64,000 nucleotides of DNA from Gammaproteobacteria bacterium. GTDB taxonomy: Bacteria; Pseudomonadota; Gammaproteobacteria; Magnimaribacterales; TMED112. Both the position numbers and the translations under genes were made by a program. The stretch's first letter is position 1; each line of letters opens with the position of its first letter. The notes beneath the pieces are model-generated. The model saw only the letters and a list, made by a program, of their open reading frames with translations. It was not told where the DNA came from and searched no databases. Positions 31,178-42,272 of the stretch are shown piece after piece. The stretch is from NCBI GenBank assembly GCA_038147295.1, contig JAYQTH010000001.1, forward strand, positions 84,770 through 148,769, read 5' to 3'.

Positions 31178-31624
31178 CTAGCTTCTAAGGTATCTGTCAA
31201 AATGAGCAACAGAGAGTTCAAAAAACTCTCTATTTATAAGATCTTTAAGCTCAACATTAGTTAAGTCCTTAAAGCTGCTCTTAACTTCAATGCCATATTC
31301 TGAAAGATCTAGTTTGTCATCAGATGAAGCACGTAGCAAATCAAATATCCAACATAATGGATTGAGCTCATCATTGAACATAATCTTATTATCTTTCATA
31401 AAATTGAATAGCTTTTGATCATCGACAATGGAGAATTTATCAGAAAGAATTAGAACTTTAAATTTTTGCAATCTTGCATTTACATTATCTTTTTCAATAT
31501 CCGAATACTTAATCCAAGCTGTAACCTCATGAGAGAAACGCTTACAGCCACGACAAATATCATCACCATAGGTTGTAGAACAAATTCCAATACAAGGCGT
31601 TTTTACTAGATAATTATTTTTCAT
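31178..31624 (-). CDS. DUF1289 family Cys-rich protein
   Basis: TPCIGICSTTYGDDICRGCKR motif. Confidence 0.8.
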   Translation of the reverse strand: MKNNYLVKTPCIGICSTTYGDDICRGCKRFSHEVTAWIKYSDIEKDNVNARLQKFKVLILSDKFSIVDDQKLFNFMKDNKIMFNDELNPLCWIFDLLRASSDDKLDLSEYGIEVKSSFKDLTNVELKDLINREFFELSVAHFDRYLRS

Positions 31625-31679
31625 TATTTCTATTAAGATAACTTAGTTGTAGAATTAGTGGCAAATTATAAGTACTAAT

Positions 31680-34259
31680 ATGTTTGAATCATATAATAAG
31701 GACAAAATTAACAGACAAGAGCAAGACTTGCCACCATTGCCTTTAAACGCTGAACAAACACAAGATCTTATAAAACTATTCGAAAAAAAAGAAGCTCAAC
31801 AAGAACATCTTATTCTGCTTGAAAATGAGGTATCTCCAGGAGTAGATGAGGCTGCTTATGTCAAAGCCGGCTATCTAAAAGAATTGGCTCTAGAGCAATC
31901 TCATTCAAACCTGATATCACCTTCACATGCAATTAAGCTTCTGGGCACCATGCTAGGAGGCTATTCCGTTGAAGCCCTTGTATCTATTTTAAAATCAAGC
32001 AATTACCAAAAAGAGGCAGCCGAAGCACTGAAACATACCATTTTAGTTTACGATGCATTTAACGAAGTTTATGACATGTCTTCTGAAAATGAATTTGCAA
32101 AAGATGTCATCAATTCATGGGCTGAGGCAGAATGGTTTACTAAAAAGCCCGATTTAGCAAAAGAAATTGAGCTCAAAATTTTTAAAGTAAGTGGTGAAAC
32201 CAACACAGATGACTTCTCTCCAGCCAAAGAAGCATGGTCTAGACCTGATATACCTTTGCATGCACAGGCATTTTTAAAATTCTCAGAAAATATTGCTGAT
32301 CCCCTAGCAGAGCTAAATTCATTTAAACAGGATGGCTCGAACTTAGTTTTTGTAGGTGACGTTGTGGGTACAGGATCATCAAGAAAATCTGCAGTCAACT
32401 CTATGCTGTGGCATATGGGAGACGATATACCTAATGTTCCTGCGAAGAAAACCGGAGGGTTTTGTCTTGGAAATAAAATTGCACCTATTTTTTATAACAC
32501 TCTACAGGATTCAGGAGCGCTGCCTATTGAATTGGATGTTGAAAACTTAAATCATGGCCAAAAAATTATTCTTAAACCATATGATGGAGAGATCATGGAT
32601 AAAGAATCTGGAGAGGTGGTGTCAAGATTTACTTTAAAATCAGAAGTCTTGCTTGATGAAGTAAAAGCAGGTGGAAGGATCAATCTCATTATTGGTCGTC
32701 AACTAACAGATAAAACAAGAGAGAAATTAGGACTGAAGCCATCCGATGTTTTTCGAAGATATGGCGAAGGTTCAAGTTCAGAAAAAGGTTTTACTCTAGC
32801 TCAAAAGATGGTGGGCAAAGCTTGTGGACTTGAAGGCGTTAGAGCTGGACAATATTGCGAACCAAGAATGACTACAGTTGGGTCACAAGATACTACAGGA
32901 CCCATGACTAGAGATGAACTTAAAGAGTTAGCTTGTCTTGGATTCTCATCTGACTTGGTGATGCAGTCATTTTGTCATACTGCTGCATATCCTAAGCCAG
33001 TAGATTTAGATACACACCGTACGCTTCCAGATTTTTTTATAAATAGAGGAGGAGTTTCTTTGAGACCTGGAGACGGCATTATTCACTCTTGGTTAAATAG
33101 AATGTTGCTGCCAGATACCGTAGGTACAGGTGGAGATAGTCATACTCGATTTCCAATTGGTATAAGCTTTCCTGCTGGGTCAGGTATGGTTGCATTTGCA
33201 GCCACATTGGGTGTGATGCCATTAGAAATGCCTGAAAGTGTTTTAGTTAGATTCAGTGGCAACTTGCAACCTGGAATCACAATTAGAGATTTAGTCCATG
33301 CAATTCCATATTTTGCCTTAAAGCAAGGGCTGCTTACTTTAGATAAAAAAGGTAAGAAGAATATTTTTTCGGGAAGATGTTTAGAGATCGAAGGGCTGCC
33401 GCAATTAAAAATCGAACAAGCCTTTGAGCTATCGGATGCATCCGCAGAACGGTCAGCTTCCGGTTGCACTGTAAAATTAGACAGAGAACCAATCATGGAG
33501 TACCTCAAGTCAAATGTCACACTTTTGCGGTGGATGATATCTGAGGGCTACCATGATCCAAAAACTTTAGAAAGAAGAGCAAGAGAGATGGAAGAGTGGA
33601 TGAAAAATCCAGTTCTTCTTGAGGCTGATTCTGATGCTGAGTATGCAGCTGTAATTGACATTAATTTGGATGAAATTTCCGAACCACTCTTAGCTTGTCC
33701 AAACGATCCAGATGATATTAAACCTTTGAGTGAGGTGGCAGGTGATGTTGTTGATGAAGGATTTATTGGTTCATGTATGACAAACATTGGTCATTTCAGA
33801 GCAGCTGGAAAATTACTTGAAAAATATGGTAAGTCAAAATCAAAATTATGGATTGTGCCACCTACTCGCATGGATGAGCATCAATTAACCTCTGAGGGGT
33901 ACTACAAAATATTTGAGAATTCTGAAGCTCAAGTTGAAATCCCTGGGTGCTCGCTATGCATGGGTAATCAAGCAAGAACTGCAGATAATGCTACAGTCGT
34001 ATCAACTTCTACAAGAAATTTCCCTAATAGAATGGGTGATGGTGCAAATGTTTATTTAGCATCCTCTGAAGTAACTGCGATATCATCGCTACTTGGAAAA
34101 ATACCAAGCGTTCAAGAATATATTGAATATGCTGGAGATTTGAATTCTATGTCTGAAGAAATTTTTAGATATATGAATTTTAATGAGATTGAGGACTACC
34201 TTAAGAAAGTTAGAGAGATGGACATCTCTCATATCGATATCGAAGAGGTTAAAACTTAA
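31680..34259 (+). CDS. acnB: Aconitate hydratase B
   Basis: GETNTDD, GSSRKSA, SQDTTGPMTRDE, GSCMTNIGH and PGCSLCMGNQ motifs. Confidence 0.97.
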   Translation: MFESYNKDKINRQEQDLPPLPLNAEQTQDLIKLFEKKEAQQEHLILLENEVSPGVDEAAYVKAGYLKELALEQSHSNLISPSHAIKLLGTMLGGYSVEALVSILKSSNYQKEAAEALKHTILVYDAFNEVYDMSSENEFAKDVINSWAEAEWFTKKPDLAKEIELKIFKVSGETNTDDFSPAKEAWSRPDIPLHAQAFLKFSENIADPLAELNSFKQDGSNLVFVGDVVGTGSSRKSAVNSMLWHMGDDIPNVPAKKTGGFCLGNKIAPIFYNTLQDSGALPIELDVENLNHGQKIILKPYDGEIMDKESGEVVSRFTLKSEVLLDEVKAGGRINLIIGRQLTDKTREKLGLKPSDVFRRYGEGSSSEKGFTLAQKMVGKACGLEGVRAGQYCEPRMTTVGSQDTTGPMTRDELKELACLGFSSDLVMQSFCHTAAYPKPVDLDTHRTLPDFFINRGGVSLRPGDGIIHSWLNRMLLPDTVGTGGDSHTRFPIGISFPAGSGMVAFAATLGVMPLEMPESVLVRFSGNLQPGITIRDLVHAIPYFALKQGLLTLDKKGKKNIFSGRCLEIEGLPQLKIEQAFELSDASAERSASGCTVKLDREPIMEYLKSNVTLLRWMISEGYHDPKTLERRAREMEEWMKNPVLLEADSDAEYAAVIDINLDEISEPLLACPNDPDDIKPLSEVAGDVVDEGFIGSCMTNIGHFRAAGKLLEKYGKSKSKLWIVPPTRMDEHQLTSEGYYKIFENSEAQVEIPGCSLCMGNQARTADNATVVSTSTRNFPNRMGDGANVYLASSEVTAISSLLGKIPSVQEYIEYAGDLNSMSEEIFRYMNFNEIEDYLKKVREMDISHIDIEEVKT

Positions 34260-35706
34260 ACAGTCTCGTTTGCTCTAAATGCTGAAGATATTCTTCTGAA
34301 ATATCAGTTGGATAAACCCCATCAAAAATTGATTTCTCTAGTCCATCTAGTTTTGGATTAAGCTCAATAACTGAGGCAACTAAATCTTCTAAACTTTGAT
34401 AAACCAAGTAATCGCAGCCCAAAAAACTTTTTATCTCTTCCTTAGTTCGGTTATGTGCCACAAGCTCACTTCGTGCGGCCATATCAATGCCATAAACATT
34501 AGGGAACTTTACCTCTGGTGCTGCCGATGCTACAGAAACTTTTAAAGCTCCAGCTGCATAACACATTTGAACAATCTCTTTCATAGTTGTTCCTCTAACA
34601 ATTGAATCGTCCACCAGCAGCACTTTTTTGCCATAAAATTCAGACTTGATTGGGTTTAGCTTCCTTCTTACTGAGGTTCTTCTCTGTTGCTGATCAGGCA
34701 TGATAAAGGTTCTGCCTACGTAACGATTTTTTACAAACCCATAGGCCAACTCCTTTTTCAAAACCTCTGCTACCTTAGTGCCACTAGATATTGAACTTTC
34801 AGGAATTGGAATTACAACATCAATTTCTTCAACTGGGATTTCATTCTTGATCTTTTCAGCCAACTTTTCACCCATCAACTGCCTTGCTTCATAAACGTTC
34901 ACTCCATCAATTACAGAATCTGGTCTCGCAAAGTAAACATACTCAAATAGACAAGGTGTAAGAGCTGTCTGCTCACAACATATTCTTGAAAATAAATTGC
35001 CTTCAAATGAAATAAAAATAGCCTCACCTGGCAATAGATCTCTTTCCACTTCGTAACCGCTTGAAAAGAAAGCAGCACTTTCAGAAGCAACCATATAATC
35101 CTTACTTCCTTTAGAATTTAATTTGGAACCTAGAATCAAAGGTCTTATTCCCATCTTATCGCGAAATGCTAGTAATCCGTAGTCAGTAATAATTGAAATA
35201 ACATTTGTACTTCCCTCGCACCTTTCAAATGTTTTTGAAACAGCATCAAAAAATAAATCTGGGCTAGGATCTTTCTCTCTAAAATTAGAAATTTCATGAG
35301 CAAGAATGTTAAGAAGAACTTCCGAATCTGAATCTGTAGAAATATACCTTAAATCACTATGAAATAATTCCTTAGCCAATTCTTTGGTATTCGATAAATT
35401 TCCATTATGTGCCAGTGCTATGCCATAAGGTGAATTTACATACATAGGTTGGGCATATTCTTTTGAATTGCCTCCAGCAGTCGGGTACCTTACATGACCA
35501 ACACCATATGTGCCCTTCAACCGTTCAAAATGTTGCTGTCCAAATACTTCTTTAACTAGTCCTTTAGATTTTCTAGAATGCAGATGACCATTTTCACATA
35601 CCGTCATCCCAGCAGCATCCTGTCCTCTATGCTGCAGCATTATCAATGCATCATAAAGTTCTGTAAAACAGTTCTCTTGTTGGACGATTCCTACTATTCC
35701 ACACAT
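34249..35706 (-). CDS. purF: Amidophosphoribosyltransferase
   Basis: MCGIVG N-terminus, QHRGQDAAG and PRPP motif VDDSIVRGTT. Confidence 0.97.
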   Translation of the reverse strand: MCGIVGIVQQENCFTELYDALIMLQHRGQDAAGMTVCENGHLHSRKSKGLVKEVFGQQHFERLKGTYGVGHVRYPTAGGNSKEYAQPMYVNSPYGIALAHNGNLSNTKELAKELFHSDLRYISTDSDSEVLLNILAHEISNFREKDPSPDLFFDAVSKTFERCEGSTNVISIITDYGLLAFRDKMGIRPLILGSKLNSKGSKDYMVASESAAFFSSGYEVERDLLPGEAIFISFEGNLFSRICCEQTALTPCLFEYVYFARPDSVIDGVNVYEARQLMGEKLAEKIKNEIPVEEIDVVIPIPESSISSGTKVAEVLKKELAYGFVKNRYVGRTFIMPDQQQRRTSVRRKLNPIKSEFYGKKVLLVDDSIVRGTTMKEIVQMCYAAGALKVSVASAAPEVKFPNVYGIDMAARSELVAHNRTKEEIKSFLGCDYLVYQSLEDLVASVIELNPKLDGLEKSIFDGVYPTDISEEYLQHLEQTRLFKF

Positions 35707-36161
35707 CAATAAAGCAAATAAATAAAGATATCAAAAAAATATGTAAGCATTATATTAACGATAAACGATCTCAATACTACTGAACTCTCAAAAATAGATG
35801 GATATACTTGAAGCACGAAGAAAAGCAGCAGCATATACCTTAAGAAACCAATACAGACCCCAGATATCATGCTAAATGTTCCATTGAATTTTGGAACATA
35901 CAATGATGTAAAGAAATTTAGTAGGGGCATTCCTGCAAAAGCTAAGATGATTAGAAAGAGATTGTATATATCGTCACCATAATCAAAACCTTGATCTTCA
36001 AAGTGATTGTAAACTACTTCCAAGTTGTTAATGACCAAAAAAATAAAAACAAGAAGAAGTGATAGATAAACCAACTCTTTTAACAAGCCATTTTTTTGAA
36101 CCCTGAAGAAAAGGAGAATAAAGCCTGTGCCAAGAAGGATATCTAAAATACTAAAAGTCAT
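35706..36161 (-). CDS. cvpA: CvpA family membrane protein
   Basis: Hydrophobic protein with GLLKEL and G..IGFLR motifs, in the canonical position upstream of purF. Confidence 0.7.
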   Translation of the reverse strand: MTFSILDILLGTGFILLFFRVQKNGLLKELVYLSLLLVFIFLVINNLEVVYNHFEDQGFDYGDDIYNLFLIILAFAGMPLLNFFTSLYVPKFNGTFSMISGVCIGFLRYMLLLFFVLQVYPSIFESSVVLRSFIVNIMLTYFFDIFIYLLY

Positions 36162-36619
36162 ATTTTCCACTCAAGAATCTGCAAGTCGTCTAAATCAAAA
36201 TTCGTACCAAGAAGTTCAAGAGCAAAATCAAGTTGCGATCTATCAATATAGGGCCCTATATATAGAGCATCATCTTCTGAAAAGGTTAAGAATCCTTGGT
36301 TAAACAGAACGTCTTTAATTTGAATCATTACTTCATCGTTTAGCTCAGTAATTTTGACCACCCAAGTTTTTGGTGTTCCATCAAAATTTAGATTTATTGC
36401 TTTAGATGAATCATAGTAGTTAGTTTCATTGAATTTGGCTTCTATTGCAGATAAATCGTTTTCAAATACCTCTATCTGGTCTTTATAAAGACTCTCAGAA
36501 AGAAGCGCTTGATCGGTCTGAAAGAATTGGTAAGCATTGTAACTTACGAAGATTACGTAGGATATTGTTGCAATAATTAAGAGTCCTAGAATATTTTTGA
36601 CCGTTTCTCTCAAAGTCAC
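36158..36619 (-). CDS. Divergent DedD/SPOR-like membrane-anchored protein
   Basis: N-terminal TM segment (KNILGLLII), C-terminal WVV...LYIGPY SPOR-like features, at the dedD position between accD and cvpA. Confidence 0.55.
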   Translation of the reverse strand: MTLRETVKNILGLLIIATISYVIFVSYNAYQFFQTDQALLSESLYKDQIEVFENDLSAIEAKFNETNYYDSSKAINLNFDGTPKTWVVKITELNDEVMIQIKDVLFNQGFLTFSEDDALYIGPYIDRSQLDFALELLGTNFDLDDLQILEWKI

Positions 36620-37473
36620 TCCAATATTATCAACATCTTCTCGAAAAAGTTTCTTATGTCTTTTCTATCAACAATTTTATCGACAAAGCCCATCTCAAGT
36701 TGTTTTTCTGCCGTTTGAAAATCTTTTGGCAATTCCTCTTTTACAGTATCTTGTATCACTCTTTTTCCAGAGAAGCCAATTCTAGCTTTTGGTTCAGCAA
36801 TAATTAGATCTCCAAGCATTGCAAGACTTGCAGTAACACCACCATAACAAGGATCAACTAAAACAGAAATAAATGGTAATTTTGATTTTTTAAGTTTTTT
36901 TACTGCCGCTGCAGTTTTTCCCATTTGAAATAAAGAAATCATTGATTCTTGCATTCTTGCTCCTCCACTAGTAGAAAAACAAATAAGAGGCAGTTTATTC
37001 TCAACTGCATAATCTATTGCTTGAGCAAACCTCTTACCCACAACACCACCCATTGAGCCCCCTAAAAAATCAAACTCAAAAATAGCTGAAACTACCTGCT
37101 TGCCTTTTATTTTTCCATGACCAATTGAAATAGCTTCATCTGAAGAGGTTTTCTTTTTTGCTTCAGAAAACCTATCTTTGTACTTCTTAGTATCTTTGAA
37201 GTCCAATAGATCTTTGAATTCTTCATGCTGGTTAAGGTCTATATAACTATCTTTATCAAATGTTACCTCGATACGTTGCTCAACATTTATTTTGAAATGA
37301 TGAGAACATTTTGAGCAAACATATGAGCTTTTTTTCAGCTCAGGAATATACAGAATTGATCCACAACTATCGCATGAACGCCATAAGCCCTCGGGAACTT
37401 TACTATCTTTATCACCAAGATTTTGTGAAAAATTCCTTTTAATATTAGGAATTAAATCTTTTATCCAGTTCAT
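36616..37473 (-). CDS. accD: Acetyl-CoA carboxylase carboxyltransferase beta subunit
   Basis: C4 zinc finger, GGSMG, SGGARMQE and GGVTAS motifs. Confidence 0.96.
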   Translation of the reverse strand: MNWIKDLIPNIKRNFSQNLGDKDSKVPEGLWRSCDSCGSILYIPELKKSSYVCSKCSHHFKINVEQRIEVTFDKDSYIDLNQHEEFKDLLDFKDTKKYKDRFSEAKKKTSSDEAISIGHGKIKGKQVVSAIFEFDFLGGSMGGVVGKRFAQAIDYAVENKLPLICFSTSGGARMQESMISLFQMGKTAAAVKKLKKSKLPFISVLVDPCYGGVTASLAMLGDLIIAEPKARIGFSGKRVIQDTVKEELPKDFQTAEKQLEMGFVDKIVDRKDIRNFFEKMLIILE

Positions 37474-38246
37474 ATGATTTCTATATCGTCTTGCAAGTAT
37501 TCTACATCATCGTAACTTGGACCAATAAAATATAGGCCAGAGGGTGAAACTGTCTTGCCAGCTAGTCTTCGGTTCTTAGCTTTAATTATTTGAGTAAAAT
37601 CCATAATACTTATTTCTTTTTTTCCAACATTTATTAAAGTTCCAACAATAATTCGCATCATATTTAACATAAAGGCGTTTGCTGTTATGCGTATCATTAT
37701 ATACTTATTAGCTCTTGTTACTTCAGCAAAAGAAATCTTTCTTTTTGATGACTTAGATTGACATCCAGCAGCTCGAAAAGATGAAAAATCTTTCTCTCCC
37801 AGCAGTTTCTTGGCAGCTGAATTCATTTTTTTTTCGTCCAAAGAATCACTGCACCATAAAGATCTCATGCTATCAATACCACCAGGTGTCTTGCTATTTC
37901 TTATTAGGTAAACATATGTTCTTGAAGTTGCTGAAAATCTTGCATGGAAACTATCATTAACTTTTAAAACTTTTTTTATAGTGATATCGCTTGGCAAATA
38001 TCTATTCCCACCTTTAACCCATGAATCTGAAGATCTTTTAGACTTGGTATCGAAGTGAATAACTTGATTCAAGGCATGAACTCCTGTATCTGTTCTCCCA
38101 GAACAGACAATACCAATCTTTTCGTTTCCAACCTTTCCTAGTGCCTCCTCCAAGTGATATTGGACAGTTTTTTTTGTATTTCTCTGGCTCTGAAAACCGT
38201 GATAATGCGTTCCCTCATATTCAACTTGAGCAAAATATCTAATCAT
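37470..38246 (-). CDS. truA: tRNA pseudouridine(38-40) synthase
   Basis: GRTDTGVHA, FHARFSA and DFSSFR motifs. Confidence 0.96.
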   Translation of the reverse strand: MIRYFAQVEYEGTHYHGFQSQRNTKKTVQYHLEEALGKVGNEKIGIVCSGRTDTGVHALNQVIHFDTKSKRSSDSWVKGGNRYLPSDITIKKVLKVNDSFHARFSATSRTYVYLIRNSKTPGGIDSMRSLWCSDSLDEKKMNSAAKKLLGEKDFSSFRAAGCQSKSSKRKISFAEVTRANKYIMIRITANAFMLNMMRIIVGTLINVGKKEISIMDFTQIIKAKNRRLAGKTVSPSGLYFIGPSYDDVEYLQDDIEII

Positions 38247-38716
38247 TTAGTTAAACCTTTTTTGAGTTTTTTAATAGTTTCTGTCTGGGTAGGATTTAAT
38301 TTCTGTTTTTCAAGCTGCGCTGCTAATTTCCTTGCCTTGGAAAACTCTTCCATATTGATGTATGCAATTAATAAGTCTATTTTTTGTGTTATTGGGTCAG
38401 AGCTTATTTCATTATTTTGGTTGTTAAAAACATTATTCCCTAAATCATTAGAGCTTGTTATTTTTTTATTTGCTCTTTTAGATTTAATCTCTGCCACAAG
38501 CACAAAGATAAAAATAATTAGAGCTATCAAGCCTCCAATTAAGTATTCTTGTTGAATATTGAATTGGTCAATGCAATTCTCAACTTCCAAAAAAATATTG
38601 TTTACATCTGCTAAATTCTTTGGGAATGCTTGCTCTGTTAAGTTTTTACAAGAGTCGGAGTATGCGCTAGAAACGATTAAAAATAAAAATAGAACTTTGG
38701 ATTTAGGGCCTTTCAA
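38243..38716 (-). CDS. Miniature FimV/HubP-like membrane protein
   Basis: Signal peptide, one TM segment, C-terminal [20 protein letters not shown] resembling the FimV C-terminal domain; located upstream of truA. Start uncertain (TTG at 38716). Confidence 0.55.
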   Translation of the reverse strand: MKGPKSKVLFLFLIVSSAYSDSCKNLTEQAFPKNLADVNNIFLEVENCIDQFNIQQEYLIGGLIALIIFIFVLVAEIKSKRANKKITSSNDLGNNVFNNQNNEISSDPITQKIDLLIAYINMEEFSKARKLAAQLEKQKLNPTQTETIKKLKKGLTK

Positions 38717-39773
38717 TATTAAAACATTGTCCTTTGTCCAGTAAATATTGGTCAAGGATTGTTAAAGCTGCCATTGCCTCTAAAATGGGCGCAGCTCTTA
38801 AGCCCACACAAGGATCGTGCCTTCCTTTAACCTGCAACTCAACCTCCTCATTCTCTTTATTAACTGTAGTTGTTTTTTGGGAAATACTTGATGTTGGTTT
38901 TAGCGATACATACAGATCAATATCTTCTCCATTAGAGATTCCACCAATAATTCCTCCAGAATTATTTGAAAGAAATCCTGCTTTGACCATTAGATCTCTG
39001 TTTGATGAGCCTTTCATTTCCACAACTCTAGTGCCAGCACCAATTTCTACTGCCTTTACAGCGTTTACACTCATCATCGCTTTTGCAAGCTCTGCATCAA
39101 GTTTTGAGAACACAGGGGATCCTACTCCTGGCATTATGCCAGCAACCCTAACCAAAATTTTTGCGCCAACTGAATCTTGCTCTTTATTGAGAGCTTGGAA
39201 GAAAGTTTCAAGTTCATTAATTTTTTCTAAATCTACAAAATTAAATTCATTTTTAACTGCCTCTGAAAAAGATACTTTATTAGCTCTTATTTCTCCAATT
39301 TGCACCACTCCTGCAGAGATGCTGATTCCAAGTGTTGTTAAAATTTTCTTTGCTATTGCACCACCTGCGACACGCATTGCTGTTTCGCGAGCGCTGGCCC
39401 TTCCGCCTCCTCGATAGTCTCTTATTCCATATTTTTGCTGATAGGTATAATCAGCGTGACCAGGACGAAATTTATCTTTAATATTTTCATAGTCTTTAGA
39501 TTTTTGGTCTTTGTTTTTGATAATTAGACCAATTGGAGTTCCGGTAGTTTTGCCTTCAAAGACACCTGAAAGGATTTCAACAGCATCATCTTCTTTTCTC
39601 TGGGTTACATAGCGTGACTGCCCTGGTTTTCTTCTATCTAATTCATCTTGAATATCTTCAGTAGTAAGAGGTATATTTGGTGGGCATCCATCAATGATTG
39701 CCCCTAGAGCTACCCCATGACTTTCACCAAATGTGGTAAGTTTAAAAATTGTTCCAAATGTATTTCCAGACAT
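38703..39773 (-). CDS. aroC: Chorismate synthase
   Basis: [21 protein letters not shown] and GRHDPC motifs. Confidence 0.97.
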   Translation of the reverse strand: MSGNTFGTIFKLTTFGESHGVALGAIIDGCPPNIPLTTEDIQDELDRRKPGQSRYVTQRKEDDAVEILSGVFEGKTTGTPIGLIIKNKDQKSKDYENIKDKFRPGHADYTYQQKYGIRDYRGGGRASARETAMRVAGGAIAKKILTTLGISISAGVVQIGEIRANKVSFSEAVKNEFNFVDLEKINELETFFQALNKEQDSVGAKILVRVAGIMPGVGSPVFSKLDAELAKAMMSVNAVKAVEIGAGTRVVEMKGSSNRDLMVKAGFLSNNSGGIIGGISNGEDIDLYVSLKPTSSISQKTTTVNKENEEVELQVKGRHDPCVGLRAAPILEAMAALTILDQYLLDKGQCFNIERP

Positions 39774-39774
39774 A

Positions 39775-41157
39775 TTATTTGTATATTTTCTTCAGAATAT
39801 CGTAAATTTCAATATCTGATATCTTTGATGAGCTATAAGCTCCACACAAATAAGCTTCATCAAGCCCCGAATTAGTAAGGCTATTTTCAAATTTTTGTTT
39901 AAGGTAAGGTTTTGATTCCTCTCTTCTCACCCTGTGACCCAATGGGTAAATTACCTCTTCTTCAAGCATTTGGCCATTTTTAAGAGTTACTATAACTTTA
40001 TTGGGTATAGCTCTTTCATCAAGATTGTAATACCTTCTGGTATATTCATTATTTTCTGATGTTGAGGTAATTTCTCTTAGCATATCAATCCTTGAATCTG
40101 ATGCAGCTTCGTCAGTGTAGGAATCAGCATCTAAATTTCCAGTTAACAAACACCATGCCACAATATATTCAATGCAGTGGTCTCTGTCTGCATAATTTGT
40201 CAATGGTCCTTGCTTTGAAATAATCCTTACACCAGGCTCTTGTGTATGGATATCAATACTGGCAATATCATCACAATCTATTTGAGAATGTAATTTTATT
40301 GCAGCTTCGGCAGCCGTCTGAGCGTGAAATTCAGCAGGAAAATTTACTTTATAAAGAATATTGTCCATAACATAAGAATTTAGTTCACGCTTAAGCTCGA
40401 TTGGGTTATCACCCATCAAAACATCATTAAAGCCCCATGTTTTTGCTGAAATAGCTGACGGATAATGTTCATCACTAACTTCTGCAATAAAAGCAAGCTT
40501 AACCCCTCTAGCACTTGCATCTCCTGCAGCCCAACTTTTTCTTGTCCCAGTGTTTGGAAAATGACGATAGGTTCTTAAGCTTTGTCCGTCAACGATTGCA
40601 TTGCTAATCACAGCGCTCAATTGATTATGATCATGTCCTAACATTTTCGATGCTACCGCAGCTGATGCAATTTTTACTAAAACAACATGGTCTAGACCTT
40701 CTTTATTGAAACTATTCTCTATTGCTAGAGTGCCTTGGATTTCATGTGCAAGAACCATGAAATTTAAAATATCTTTAAAGCTATATATTGTGCCCCTTGC
40801 GCTTTTTAGGTAATCAGTTAAAGCCAATATAGCTGCCAAATTATCAGACGGATGCCCCCACTCCTTAGCAAGCCAGGTATCATTAAAGTCAAGCCATCTT
40901 ATCAGTGAGCCATTTAAAAAAGTGGCATCAACAACATTTGTTTTAATATCGGTACCAATTACTCCTACCGTGCCTGATGAATCAGATATATATGGAAGTG
41001 CACAAAAACTCTGCACCTTGTCATGCTCAAGCGCAAGAAATGCACAAGCCAGGCTATCAAAAAAACATCTTTTGGCTTCCTGCAACGAAGACTCATCTGC
41101 AGTGTAAGTCTGGGTAAAGTCAGCAATCTTACAAATTACTGGGTCAAACTTGGACAT
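39775..41157 (-). CDS. prpD: 2-methylcitrate dehydratase
   Basis: [29 protein letters not shown] and [10 protein letters not shown] motifs. Confidence 0.94.
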   Translation of the reverse strand: MSKFDPVICKIADFTQTYTADESSLQEAKRCFFDSLACAFLALEHDKVQSFCALPYISDSSGTVGVIGTDIKTNVVDATFLNGSLIRWLDFNDTWLAKEWGHPSDNLAAILALTDYLKSARGTIYSFKDILNFMVLAHEIQGTLAIENSFNKEGLDHVVLVKIASAAVASKMLGHDHNQLSAVISNAIVDGQSLRTYRHFPNTGTRKSWAAGDASARGVKLAFIAEVSDEHYPSAISAKTWGFNDVLMGDNPIELKRELNSYVMDNILYKVNFPAEFHAQTAAEAAIKLHSQIDCDDIASIDIHTQEPGVRIISKQGPLTNYADRDHCIEYIVAWCLLTGNLDADSYTDEAASDSRIDMLREITSTSENNEYTRRYYNLDERAIPNKVIVTLKNGQMLEEEVIYPLGHRVRREESKPYLKQKFENSLTNSGLDEAYLCGAYSSSKISDIEIYDILKKIYK

Positions 41158-42272
41158 TACCTTGAATCTATATCAATCCAGTTTCTATCTTCTGGACCAA
41201 TATACTCAGCGCTAGGTCTAATAATTCTATTATTGCTTCTTTGCTCAAACGCATGTGCTGACCAACCCACAATTCTTGCAATAGCAAAGAGAGGTGTAAA
41301 TAAATCAGTTGGAATGCCAATGTAGTGATATGCAGGTGCCATAAAGAAATCTGTATTTGGAAATAATTTCTTTTTCTCCCACATATAAGCTTCCATTTCT
41401 GCGGCTACATCATGTAGCAATTTATGATCATGGTTAAGGGAAAGTTTCTCAGAGAATTCCTTAATAATATTACTTCTAGGATCTTTAATTGAGTAAACAG
41501 CATGACCAAATCCCATAATTTTTTCTTTATTTTCGAACTTTTGATCAACAAAGCTTTTCACTTCATCAACTGAATTAATTTGTTGTAACATTTTCATTGC
41601 TTCTTCGTTCGCTCCGCCATGCAAAGGGCCACGTAAACTGCCAACTGCTGCAGTTAGACATGAATGAAGGTCTGAAAGGGTTGATGCACAAACTCTACCG
41701 GTGAAAGTTGATGCATTAAATTCATGCTCAGCATACAAAGTTAACGATACATCCAAAGTCTTCTTGTCGAGTTCTGGTATATCTTCCTGTCTTAATAATT
41801 TTAGAAAATGCCCTGCTACTGATCTCTCATTTGAGTCTTGATTTATTCTTACTCCATGATGGGAAAAGTTATACCAATAAACAATTGCAGTAGTGGTTAC
41901 TCCAAGTAATCTTTTAGCAACTTTCAATTGATCTTCAAACGTTTTTTCAGGTTCAATAACTCCCATATAAGAAATAATTGTTCTGACTACTTCCATAGGG
42001 TGAGCTGAGGATGGTATTGATTCAATAACGCTAACCAGGGAGTCAGGCATTTTCCTTTGAGATGATAATTCTTCTTCGAACTCATCAAGTTCTGAAGATG
42101 TTGGTAATTTGCCTAGTAGCAATAAATAAGCTACCTCTTCAAATGAAGCATTTTCAGCAAGGTCCTCAATGCTGTAACCTAGATATCTAAGGCTACCTTC
42201 TTGCTCTACTGTTGAAAGTGATGTTTGTCCGGCAGACTGGCCCCTTAAACCTGCACCCTCTAATTTCTTCAT
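41157..42272 (-). CDS. prpC: 2-methylcitrate synthase
   Basis: GLRGQSAG, YAEHEFNASTF, GPLHGGANE and MGFGHAVY motifs; adjacent to prpD. Confidence 0.93.
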   Translation of the reverse strand: MKKLEGAGLRGQSAGQTSLSTVEQEGSLRYLGYSIEDLAENASFEEVAYLLLLGKLPTSSELDEFEEELSSQRKMPDSLVSVIESIPSSAHPMEVVRTIISYMGVIEPEKTFEDQLKVAKRLLGVTTTAIVYWYNFSHHGVRINQDSNERSVAGHFLKLLRQEDIPELDKKTLDVSLTLYAEHEFNASTFTGRVCASTLSDLHSCLTAAVGSLRGPLHGGANEEAMKMLQQINSVDEVKSFVDQKFENKEKIMGFGHAVYSIKDPRSNIIKEFSEKLSLNHDHKLLHDVAAEMEAYMWEKKKLFPNTDFFMAPAYHYIGIPTDLFTPLFAIARIVGWSAHAFEQRSNNRIIRPSAEYIGPEDRNWIDIDSR

